This document shows positions 26,187 to 38,400 of a stretch of 64,000 nucleotides of DNA, in pieces. Made by a program: the position numbers and the translations under genes. Numbering within the stretch: the first letter of the stretch is position 1; every line of letters begins with the position of its first letter. The notes under the pieces are model-generated. The model was given only the letters and a program-made list of their open reading frames with translations, did not search any database and had not been told where the DNA came from. Source of the stretch: Azolla caroliniana (taxonomy: Eukaryota > Plantae > Polypodiophyta); NCBI GenBank assembly GCA_043228905.1, contig JBHGNT010000021.1, forward strand, positions 5,270,001 through 5,334,000. Direction: 5' to 3'.

Positions 26187-29100
26187 TTTTATTAGTGGGA
26201 TTATCTCCCCCCCCTACAACCTACCTCCCCTAATGTAATGTAATTGGTACTTAGTAGTAGTATGATGTCAACTTTCAATACCCCTCTTTCACATTCATAC
26301 ATATACAAACACATTCCCCTAATGTAATGTAATTGGTACTTAGTAGTAGTATGATGTCAATTTTCAATACCTCTCTTTCACATTCATACATATACAGACA
26401 CATTCATACACACACACACACACAACCAATCTGTGTGTTGTAAATTTAGTACCTAACCATCCTTCTTGCAAAAAAAATCCAGGCAGAAAACAAAATAACT
26501 AGATTATGTTACTTCCAAAAATGTGTGTGTGTGTTCATGTATTTGAATTTTGTATGTAACTATATGTATACAATATGCATGTAACATGTTTATTTTGTCT
26601 TCTTCTTTTTGCGTTTGTATGTAAATGTATGCTTGTTTTATGTAACATCAGTAACTTGTAAGTCCTTTGAATATTGCTTTTGTCTCTAGAGTGATACTTT
26701 TTTTTTGTGGGCTTTCCCCTCACATTGAGGTTTCATTCTTAGAAGCCTAATTCAGTAACATCTACATTGCCACCAATTCACTAAGCGAAGACTTTTTATC
26801 TTCAAGTTTCATGCTTAGAAGCCTAATTGTGAGGTCGAGAGAAACCACTAATACTTCGGGCTTTTGGGGGGGAGGTTCGTAGATAGGGGGTTATGTTAGC
26901 GGTTATCTTTTTAATTACTAATACCAAACCCTAAGTTAATTCAATCAAGCTTGTTTCATGTACATTGTATATTATACATACATACTACAATGTATACATG
27001 TCAACTCTCCTCTTGCATGGGCACAAAGTCTCATGATTACTACATATGTATTTATTGTTATGTAATGTAATCTCCGGTCTCCTAGATTTATAAGCATTCA
27101 TTAAACCTCTCACCCTCTCTATTAAATATTCATTGGAAGAGGTTTAATTACCTAGGAGTAGCTTTCAACCTTAATTTTGGGCCACTTATCATCAATGGAC
27201 TTGGGATAGATGATTAATGAAAATATCCCAAAATGTATGGGATATATAAGTCTAGTAAGGGGAGGGGCTAACATGTTTCCCTCTACCCTTACATAACACT
27301 TACATTGTAGTTAATTCATGAGGTTTATTGATTACTCTTATAACAAACAAGTCATTAAAAACAACACCCCCACAAGGCACCATATCATGGCATGCACCCA
27401 TTCATGCCTAATTTGCTTATCATATCCCATGACAAAGTCACGACTTTCTCCTTGACCAATCAAAATACATGCCACAATAGATCTTTAATGTTGATTAAAA
27501 GAAACTTGCTATGAGATGATTTTTACACACATAAACCAAATTATGAAAGTTCTAATCATGTGTTTAGACAACAAACCTTATCAGTCTTGACTCTTTACTA
27601 ATGTAAAATTTTAGCAATTAAACATAAACTTATGAGTTCAGGTTTCACATGTCTTCTTATGATCATCGATGACGACAACAACAACATCATCAAAGTCATT
27701 ATCCATCATCACCATGATGACCACCACCACCATCATCATTCATCATAGCATACATGCATTAATGCGATTAAAATATGGGGGCACACCAATGCTCATGTAA
27801 TTTCGAGGTAATGAATGCATCATGATTCATCATCGTCATGTACGCAGTGAGCCAGGTATGATGATCTATTTTCATCATCTTGATCCAAGGCTTCACTCAA
27901 AACATTCTTAATGAATCCCCTTGATGATGATGATGATGATGATGATGATTAAGAAAGTGTAGCAGTAGTAGTACATTCTCCACTAGTTTTCAGTGCAAGT
28001 ATTTCACTTTGCTATGCCATTTATGACACAAGATTATATGCCCCAAATAGGAAGCAAAAAATCCAAGCTAAAAATTTAGTGACTTTTAGATGACAAAAAA
28101 AGGTGGGAGGGGGGGGTTAAATAAAAGGAGACGTGCACACAATATGTTGGGATCATTTTATTTTACTTTTTAGCATTTTTTATGGATTTATTTATTTATT
28201 TCATCTATGCATGTCCATTGTTGAAACTTGAGTCTAAGTGAGTTACCCTGACTCTCATCTAGCTTTAATGCAAGAGATGTTCCACCATTGAGACATCCCT
28301 TTCCAATGTTCTATTACACACATTTTTATAACGTTTATTTTTATAGTTCGGGTTTTTGTTGTTTGTTTGTTTTAACAAGCTAAAGGGGTTTATTGGTGGT
28401 TGGCACTTGGCTACTTCGTGATAGAAACTCCCGAAGTCATTACTTGTGCTTCATTGTGTGGCATTCCCTCAAGTGAAGTGGTTTAATGGTTTAACAAATC
28501 CTTGGCTTCCTAGCACCTCCCCCCCTACAAACATGTCTCATCTCGTTGTTAACATTTTCTTCACATAGGAAATGCACATGTAATAGTTATCTGCTTTACC
28601 TTCAACTTTTACAACCTCTTGGAAGTTGAGCTTGTCCTCGAGCACTATTATACCTATATATTGTCCCCATTGTGTACACAAATTTTATATCCTTCATGAG
28701 AAATGGAGGATGTTTTTATAATTGTGTTATCTGTTTGTCCCCAAGTCTTGTCCATCATGTGCACACCATTAATATCCTTAATTATCATGGCCTTTCCACT
28801 TGATCTTTGGTTCACTTTGTTACATTGTCAACCTCACATAGTGTGCCTTTCCACAAAGATTGATGTGTTACTGTTGTACAATTTTTGTCAATTAAAGACA
28901 ATATTTCTCCGTAACTCCATCCTCTCCTTCCTTTTGTACAAATTGTTCTTCTTCCCCTTTGCTTTTAAGGTCAATGACTAATAAACCTCCAAGTCCGTGA
29001 GGCTCAACTAATTCCAGACAGTCAAGAACCCTCTTGCTTCGAGCATGGGAATTTGTCCTATTTTTTCACTACTAGGGAATGTCTGTGCATAATGAGCCCC

Positions 29101-31220
29101 TTACACAAAATCTTTCTTCTACCCCTATCATTATTATGGTCCTCCTACTAAAGTCTCTCTCCCTCCCTAGTTCCTATTGATTGTCTTTGTGTATCAAAAA
29201 TCAAGAAAGAGTACATACACATGTCGAGGAACATTTAAAGTTCTTACAAAGTATATTTTATACCATGTCGAATCACACTATTATGTACATGATTGACATG
29301 CTTCTTTTGTATTGTCTTAAGCCTAACACCTTGCATCTCCCTTTTGACAATTGAGTGTCTATCCCAATGAAATTGGAAACTAGAGTACTAATCTAGTTAA
29401 TGATGTGTCTTGCAATGCTCGTGGATATCGACCTTAATACGAAATTTTTGAGATAGGTCTTGTGTTTGATACAAAAATCTAGGATAATCTTGCAATAAAC
29501 CTTGAAAAATGACATGTTTTATTATAGAGCCTCGATGTTTTCTATTTGATTATCGTAAACGTTCAATTTACTAATGTGAGAGAGAAACGGAGAATCATAT
29601 TATTGGAAAGCTTATTCATAGGTCTATTTGAATACATAAATGTTGTAAACAATGAAAGATTTAAAGATTCTAGTGTTTGGTCAATTGTGCTTTGTAACAC
29701 AATCCTTTGTATGCCAATCATCTTTCGTAAATTGTAGCTTGCTTAGTGAGATTGGCTTTACTAGTGTATTAGGTTCTGTTGACTTTTTGAGGATAAGATT
29801 AGGGCTTTGGGTTCTTGTTAGGGAAAGTTGCTACATTATGGACATTTAAGTTTTCACTGAGACAATCTTAAAATTATTCTTATACTTTAAAAGTTAAAGA
29901 ATTCCACACATGCTACACTGAATGTTTATACTATGATGGCATAATGACATGGTTGTCATTCTGTTGTGGTAATATTTATTGTGTAGGATAAACATAAAAT
30001 AGAAATATTGAGTGCAATAATTGACTAATAATTATTGATGATAAAGTGGACTCATGTCTTGATGTTTATGTCCAAGTGGTTGATCCTCCTCCTTGAGGAT
30101 TACATTCTACCATGTTGTTTACAACATGGATGCATTTTCATAAGAGTTATTTTTGGGTTCAATTCTCCGTCATCTTTCTATACACAAGTATATACTTATA
30201 TTTTTCATCACGTGGTTATTGATATGGGAATTCCATATCAGTCATTTATTCATATGAACACAATGTATAAAAAATATCCCCATTCCCTCTAATTGGAGAT
30301 GATTTTGATACATGTTGAAAAAGTATCAACAATGTGAGAGCATCACACATTGACCTTGCTAGACTTCTACAATGGGCATTTTTTATGACCATGATGTGTA
30401 TTGATACAATAACATAAATATAGATCATTATATATTTCCAAGAACTTGTTCAAACATGTAGAAATCTAGGTACTACCATATGTTTGACCCTAAGCAACCA
30501 TCTCCTAGACATGTATGTTGGTAGCATAACATAATATAGACAATGTCATTTCATAACATTACTAAGATGGAGTTCTAATTGGTACAATAACGAGGTTGGA
30601 TTGGATATCTCATCATCTAGTAAGGTTTTCATGGAGATTTATTAAATGCTACATATACAAATTGCTTTTGAGCCTTCAAACCCTTATTGCACAATTGTGA
30701 ACATCAATATGTACTAGAATTATATAATACATATTGTTAGTGCTAGCCCTATTATCCTACAAGTAAAAAATACGGACCATTTACTACATTTATTTGTCTT
30801 TATTTTCAACCTACTTTATTGTATGTTTTTATATGGATATGTGTTTGCATTCCCATTTATCTGAATATGTATAAGAAAGTTCCATAACATGTGCTATAAA
30901 CTCGTTGCCATGCCCATTGATTGGTTTCATCTATAGTTTTGATTTCTTCTTCTTCTTGTAAGATTTACCTTGGTATTAATGGTAAGGTGCCCAATGGTTA
31001 CAAAGAACTCATACATGAAAACACAACAACCATACCCACGTCAACCAACATGTTGAATAGCAAAAGCCTCATGCCGCTACCATAGAAATTGTATTTAGAC
31101 ATCTAAAATCAGGATCCTTCCATAATGGGGGTGGAAAAAACCACCTTGGTGGAGCATGATGTTGTGTTTCGTAGGCAACAACGTCTTAGAGAAATGTGGA
31201 CAAAGGCAAAGGTCTTCACT

Positions 31221-31535
31221 TGTCATGATATGGCATGGTATGGCTCCAAAAGGATTTGAACCCATGAACTTTTATTACATGGGTTGAAGCCATACCATTA
31301 AGCTATGCATTGTAATGCAAAAAATATTATTTTCATTATTTTACTATAGGAAATTCATGTATATTCCAGATTACTCTGGAACATTCTAGAAACTTCAGGA
31401 GTATTCCTGACAGTACTATGAAAAGAGGCACATGGCATTATTCAGAACCAATTCGGTTCAACGCTAGTCTTAAGTCTCCTAGATGTTCTTGTATCTTTTC
31501 TTCATATAATAAATACAATATACTTCTTGTTGTCA

Positions 31536-31579
<44 letters not shown>

Positions 31580-31683
31580 CCTCTCGTGATTCTCACACAT
31601 TCTTTCCCTTCTTCGTACTAATCCTCATTCTTCTCCTCTATCTTTAGTACTAATTCTCCTTGCCTCTAGTACTATCCCTGACA
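31221..31683 (+). repeat. 5' LTR of the outer chromovirus
   Basis: Homologous to 52413-53009 with many substitutions; TG...CA ends; internal (CT)n. Confidence 0.92.
31241..31312 (-). promoter_or_regulatory. tRNA-like module with RNA polymerase III A and B boxes, antisense in U3 (second copy at 52423-52494)
   Basis: Minus strand reads TAGCTTAATGG (A box, 31305-31295) and GGTTCAAATCC (B box, 31262-31252); starts are 43 nt apart as in tRNA genes; the acceptor stem does not pair. Confidence 0.6.
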
Positions 31684-31762
31684 ATGTGAACCGAATTTCT
31701 CATCTTCTTATCCCTCCTTCCCTTCATACTAATCTTCTTATCCTTCCTTCCTCCAATACTAA

Positions 31763-34212
31763 ATGGCAACTGTTAGCGCTCAAGAACACCAATCCGTTTT
31801 CTCGGAGCTCCAATGCTTAAAAGAAAAGTTTGTATCAATAGAACAAGAAAATCAACGTTTGTTGGAGATCTTCAACAAATAGCTCTAGAAAAACAACAAC
31901 AACAACATGGGGAGCTGATGTTACGCGTGCAACAACTTGAAGCAACTATTGTGTCATTGCAACAATAGGGACCAAGCACTCAAGGGACTCCCAAAGAACC
32001 CAAGATCGGTCTTCCTATGAAATTCGATGGAATGCGATCACAGTAGAGAGGATTTCTTAATCAAGTACGTTTGGTGATTCAAATGCATCCTTCTCGATAT
32101 CCCACCAATGCATCACAAGTGGAACTAATAGGCACGCTACTTAGTGGCACAACTTTGGCATGGTTCACCCCTTTGTTAGAAAAAGACTCTCCTTTGTTAA
32201 ATAATTTTGAGTTTATTAGCGAGTTTAAAGCAGGTTTTGGAGATACCGATAGTGTTAGAACAACAATCAACAAAATCCGAAGACTGCGTCAAGGTGGTCG
32301 GCCAACCTCAGCTTATGCTGGAGATTTCCGTCTGCTCACCACCGATATTCCCTAGGATGACCAAGCATTGATAGAGCAATTTCACTATGGCCTACGTAAT
32401 GACGTCAATGATTTACTCTTGACTTTCCCGAAGAACCAAAGTCACTCAAAGAAGCAATCAGTCGAGTGGTCCGATGCGATAACCGGCTTTTCGAACGATG
32501 TTCAAAATGTCAATTCTAAATGCCAAGGACAAGATCAGAGCCCACCTATGCCTCAGGTGTAGCAAAACCTTTTCCAAGGTAGTCATATAATGCATATCCG
32601 GCAAATACTCCAACACCAATGGAAATCGGCACCACACGTCATCGTGGACCATTATTAGAAGAGGAAAAGCAACAACTCCGAACAAATCGACTATGTTCCA
32701 GGGCATATTGCAGTAAATTGTCCCCATAGGCCAAGAAGACAAGTAAATCAAGTAGTCATTAGTACTAAAGCCGAGTCTATTTCATTAGGAGTGTCGGGGG
32801 AGTGTCTGATAATGCTAGTAGTCCAAGTTTATCCAACAAATTTGAAGTCCTTAGTCAACTAGGAGAAGAGTTAAACGATTGAGTCCAGCCAAAATAGAAA
32901 CCATTTGGTTGGACAACCCTGAATTTGTGCAACCTATTAGTGGTTCCATTCCCTCGAAGCAAGTTAGCAAGGTATTCTTAGGTCAAGTAGTAGTTAGTAC
33001 TAAAAGTAATCCTCCAGTACATGTCTTAGCACTCTTAGATTCCGGAGCCAATTCTTACTTCATGGATAGGGATTTTGCCCAAGTTCATTAGATATCCCTA
33101 AGAAAGCTTCCTTGCCTAACCTTTGTAGTAGTAATTGATGGTCGTCCCATTGCTTCCAGAAATATCGTAGAAGAGTCAGAGCTGGTTCGTGTTGTCCTAA
33201 ATAATTTGGCATCTATGGTTTCATTTAATATAATTAGTAGTTCAGAGCATCCAATTTTTTTGGGGTTACCATGGTTTGAATTACACAATCTGAACATAGA
33301 TTGGAGAACAAGAGAAATCGAGTATCGACAATCTTGAGAATCTACTCACAAGATTTCAACAATTTCACTACATCAATTGCGTGAGGAAGGACGCAAGGAA
33401 TCAATGTTTGTATTCGCAATATCAGTGAAACTTTCCAACACCTTTAAGGAGGAGTCAATTTCAACTTCCAAAGAAGTATCATCATTACACTGACATTTTT
33501 GATAAGGTAAAAGCTAGTACTCTTCCTTGCCATCGACCGTATGATTGTCCCATTGATTTACAACCAGGAAAAGAGCCACCGTGGGGACTGATCTACAACT
33601 TGTCACCAAGCGAGCTTGAAGTTCTTCAAGCCTACATAAAGGAAAATATGGCAAGTGGGTTCATTCAACATTTGAAATCTCCAACCAGCGGACCCGTCTT
33701 CTTTGTAAAGAAAAGGGATGGATCACTTTGTCTAGTCATGGATTACCGTGGCTTGAATAAAGTCACCATTAGGAATAAGTATGCACTTCCTATGATATCG
33801 AGTCTTCTAGAAAGGATTAATGGTGCAAAGTTTTTCACTAAGATCGACTTACGAGGAGCATATAACCTCGTACGGATACGACTGGGAGATGAATGGAAGA
33901 CAAATTTTTGCACCCGATCTGGGCACTTTGAATATACGGTTATGCTATTCGGCCTCACTAATGCACCCACAGTTTTCTAGCACATGGCAAATGATATATT
34001 CTGAGATCTCTTGGACATCTATTTGATCATCTACTTGGATGATCTGCTAGTTTATTCAAAGACACAAGAGGAGCATGATTCTCATGTACTATTAGTACTA
34101 AAATGACTATGAGAACATGGTCTTTATGCAAAACTCGAGAAAATTATGTAGTTTTGATTGTAAATAGGTGGAATTTCTAGGCTATGTCATCTCCTCGGAA
34201 GGAATCTCTATG
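31763..34212 (+). pseudogene. Outer chromovirus gag, protease and 5' part of RT, with stops and frameshifts
   Basis: Gag fragment LLSGTTLAWF...RRLRQGGRPTSAYA; protease LLDSGANSYFMD; RT PVFFVKKRDGSLCLVMDYRGLN and KIDLRGAYNLVRI; interrupted at [12 protein letters not shown]. Confidence 0.9.
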
Positions 34213-34622
34213 GAGAAGGCAAATGGGAAAGCAAGGTCGGATCGGATAAATATAGAAATAGGAATAGAATTATTAGGAGGGACGGATCCGGTAGTTGTAA
34301 CCGATCCGGATCCGAACCGATTCGGTTTCGGTTAACGGTTGCTTATCAAGCACCGATTGTAATCTGGCCGGATGCCTATAAAAGGATCCGATGTTTTGTA
34401 ATGAAGGGGCGAAGAATTAATATAGTTTTGCTTATGCTGATTAATCTTGTCTTCGTCTGTGCTTAAGTGTAATTATCATACGCGTGTATTAACATCCTAT
34501 CCCTACCACCCCTTTGGAGAAGTGTCGGATAGACACCTGTGTTGCGGCTAGTCCAGCCATACATACAACACTATTTTGGCGACCACGATTCCTGCAGAGT
34601 GCAGAGGACAACCGGGGGATGG

Positions 34623-35435
34623 ATGTCTAGACAAAATAACGACCACATCACCGAAAGAGGGAGACGCCACGCCGAACGGCAGCGACGACGGGAAGCCCTG
34701 CAGCAAGCCGTCGACGAGATCCGGCGCGATCGGTCATTCTCAAAAACGCTTCGGCAAATCGCAGAAGACGCACTGCAGTTCCAGGTTCTAAAAGCTTCCG
34801 ACGAAGGCAGTAGCATAACCAGCCTCCAAGAAGCGGAGACACTACTACAGACTCTCGCTGGCGGCGACGGGGACGCAGCGGCATTTGCAACATTAGAGGC
34901 GGATTCGGATAGCGGGGAAAGCGTGGGATCCCGCTATAAAAGCAGCCACGAGAACAACCCCTTTGAGTCGGATCGCTCAGCAACATCGGAGCCAGAGGAG
35001 GAAATAACTCTGGAGTTCGGTGACCGGCAATCGCCGAGGAGGGAGGAGCGGATACCAACACCACCCGCGGAGGAACCGCAGGAGCGGTTATCAACACCAC
35101 CCGCGGAGGAACCGCAGGAGCGGATACCAACACCACCTGCGGAGGAACCGCAGGAGCGGAGACCGACATCGGAGGAACCAGCGCAGGAGAATCAGTGGGA
35201 CGACACGATGCCGTATCCGTACCCAAAGTATCGGGATGAGCCCGACGGAGAGTCACATGTGTATGCATTCCTGCGAACATGGGAAGCCAACCACGTGTCC
35301 CAGAGGCTGACGGAGCCCGAGGCCGACCGATCCAAAATCGCCGAATTCGGCATGACATTAGAAGGACCGGCGGCCCGGTGGCACGACAAGCACTTACCAG
35401 GCAGCTTCGCCACGTTCGAGGCATTGAAAACCTAG
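34623..35435 (+). CDS. N-terminal part of Gag of the middle gypsy element, ending at an in-frame TAG
   Basis: EFGMTLEGPAARWH capsid-like motif; the frame continues into the 35445 ORF after TAG 35433-35435; about three 13-aa ERIPTPPAEEPQ-type repeats. Confidence 0.8.
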   Translation: MSRQNNDHITERGRRHAERQRRREALQQAVDEIRRDRSFSKTLRQIAEDALQFQVLKASDEGSSITSLQEAETLLQTLAGGDGDAAAFATLEADSDSGESVGSRYKSSHENNPFESDRSATSEPEEEITLEFGDRQSPRREERIPTPPAEEPQERLSTPPAEEPQERIPTPPAEEPQERRPTSEEPAQENQWDDTMPYPYPKYRDEPDGESHVYAFLRTWEANHVSQRLTEPEADRSKIAEFGMTLEGPAARWHDKHLPGSFATFEALKT

Positions 35436-35444
35436 TTTTTACGC

Positions 35445-38400
35445 TTGTTTCATAGACGAGTGGAACAAAGGGAATTGGTCGGACAATTCTACACCACTCG
35501 GCAGGGAGAAAACGAGACGGTCCCACAATTTATCATTCGTTTCCAGACCTTGCACAGTCAATTAGCAAGAGCACCACCCGAAGAGGAGGCCAAGGCAGTC
35601 TTTTTGGCTGCGTTAAAAGACCCACTTCGAGCGATGTGTGGAATCCTCGATTTCAGCACCAGCACAATGGACCAAGTCATTGATCGGGTCCTGGAAATGG
35701 ACAACACGAGCTCCTTCTTGCCGATGGGGGCGTTACACCAGGCGCTTCCGAAGGAGGAGGACCTCCGGTTCCGACAAGCCCTACAATGCACAACATGCCT
35801 AAATTCGGGGCACTCGACCGTCGACTGCACCCTGCGTGCACAGTGCATGATATGCAATTCTCGCGCCCACACAACGAACCAATGCGAGTATAACCTGTTA
35901 ACTCGACAAGCGGCACCGGTCCGACACATAGAACCGCGCAATCGGGACCCGGAAGAGGATCGGTTCCGGAGGGACGACCGCTACCGACGAGAACGCGGCG
36001 ACAGATACCCCGATAGAAGACGCGACAGCTATGACCGAGAGGAGAACCGAAGGGATAGCTACCCCCGGGACCGGTACGACCGAGAGGAGAACCGAAGGGA
36101 TAGCTACCCCCGGGACCGGTACGACCGAGACGAATCCCCGGAATACGAGCGACGCAGAGAAGAAAGGCGGCCAGGGAACCGGAATTTCCGACGGAACCAA
36201 AGGCGTGGATTCTTCCGTAGAGAGGAGCGTCGGGAGGCAACAAGGAATGACAAACCAGTAGCGGCACCGGAGAACCGAAAAACCGAGGACAACCGCCGGG
36301 GAATGCCCCTCCCCCAAACATGGGAAAAAGGAGAATCCAGCAACACGCACAGGGTGTACTGTTATTACTGCCGAAAAGAAGGGCATTACAGTAATCAATG
36401 CCCAAGCAAAACAGCCGACAAGCAGCCAGCAGTCAACATGGTGACAGCCGAAGTACAGCAGGTTACCACGCGGTCGAAGGGGAAGGCCGCCGAATGGGAA
36501 GCCCAGGAAGCAATCAGAAAACAAGCGGCACAATGGATCAAAGAAGCCAACGAACAAGGTGCGGCGGAAGTAAGAAACCAAAATATGCCAAGGGAGGAGG
36601 AAATCGTACAGCCAGGAGAAAACCCGACATGGCAAGCACTACAAGATTGTCAGATCGTGCTGCCGTTGGCACGGTTACTGCAGTTGGTGCCGCGGTTTAC
36701 AGCAGACTTACAAGCCGCCGTGAGCAAACCGACGCCGACGCCAGCACCGGCATTTTTCTCCAACCCGGAGGAAGGCCCAGCGGTGGTTGATACCAGTAGC
36801 CCAGCAATCACGACAATCGTCAAAGGAAAGGAGATTCCAGGAACAATTATTGACGGAGGCTCCGGGGTGAACGTCATTAGTCGACAGACATGCGACGACC
36901 TAGGCATCCAGGAGTGGGAACCATGCCCCTTCTGGTTACGCATGGCGGATACAAGCTCAGTCCGACCAACTGGTCTTATCCGGGACTTGGAAGTAACAAT
37001 AGGAGGCCACGTATTCCGAATATCGGCCGTGGTACTAGAGCTGAATGTACAAGGCGCATATCCCCTACTGTTAGGACGACCATGGCTGCGAACGGCGCAT
37101 ATCAAGCAAAACTGGCAAAAGAATATGATCACGTTCCGACGAGGGAAAACAAAGGTGCGGGTAGCCACGCAACCACGGGTGCTCACTAGCAAGGAGGCAA
37201 CCCCTTTATATGCCGAAAGCATCAACATGTTGGAGGGCTTACCGGATGAGGAAGTTGATCGGTACCTCGAGGAACACCTACAGATCGTCCCACTTTTTGA
37301 GGTGGATATCACGGCAGCAGTAGAGCCGTACATCACAATGCCGGACGAGCCGGACAAAGTGGCGATCCGGGAACTACGCCAAGCACAGGAAGCCCTAGAA
37401 AGAGAAATGACGATATCCCAAAGGGTGAAAGCATCTCAGCTGGAAGAGGTGGACCTCGGCACAACAGAACAACCCCGACCGGTAAAAGTCGCGAAGGAAT
37501 TGCCGAAGGAGGAAAAACAGGCAATGGTAGCACTGTTAACGGATTTCAAGGACGTGTTCGCATGGTCATACGAAGACATGCGAGGGTTGGACCCCCAGCT
37601 CTACCAGCACCAAATTCATCTAAGTACTGACGCGAAACCCATCGCTCAACGTCGGTACCGGATGAATCCAAACTATGCGGCAAAGGTGAAGGAGGAAATT
37701 GACAAGCTTCTCCGGGTCGGATTTATCCGACCAGTCAAACAGGCAACCTGGCTAAGCCCGATAGTGGTGGTCCCGAAAAAGAACGGCAAAATCCGGGTAT
37801 GTGTGGACTACAGGAAACTAAATGCCGCGACAGTGACCGACGCTTTTCCACTACCATTCACGGACGGAGTGCTAGATGCGGTGGCCGGCCACGAAGTTTA
37901 CAGCTTCCTGGACGGATTCAGCGGCTACAACCAAATCCGAATGAACCCGGCCGACCAAGAGAAAACAGCGTTCGTGACGGAATGGGGAGTGTTCGTCGCG
38001 GTCGTGATGATGTTCGGATTAAAGACAGCCCCTGCAACATTTCAAAGGATAATTATGGAAATCTTCGGTGGTTTTATTCCCGGTTTTATGCAGGTCTTCC
38101 TAGACGATTTCGCCGTCTACAGCCGACACGGAGAGCATCTCGATCACCTACGACTATGCTTAGAAAAGTGCCGCGAGTACCGATTAAGTCTGAACCCGGC
38201 TAAGTGCGTCTTTGGAGTCGCAAGCGGCAATTTGTTAGGCCACGTGGTGAGTCGAGAAGGAATCGCGGTAGATCCGGATAAGGTAAAAGCAATTCTCGAC
38301 GCACCAGCACCGAATAGCGCAAAAGCTTTAAGCCGATTCCTTGGTCAAATAAGGTGGCATAGTCGGATGATACGGCACCTTGCCGACTTTGCGACACCAT

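Noticed and set aside
28400-31200. Highly decayed retroelement remnants
   Set aside because: Only vague motif hints; no frame or boundary I can support.
31241-31312. Functional tRNA gene
   Set aside because: A and B boxes are present but the acceptor and anticodon stems do not pair; kept only as a tRNA-like module.
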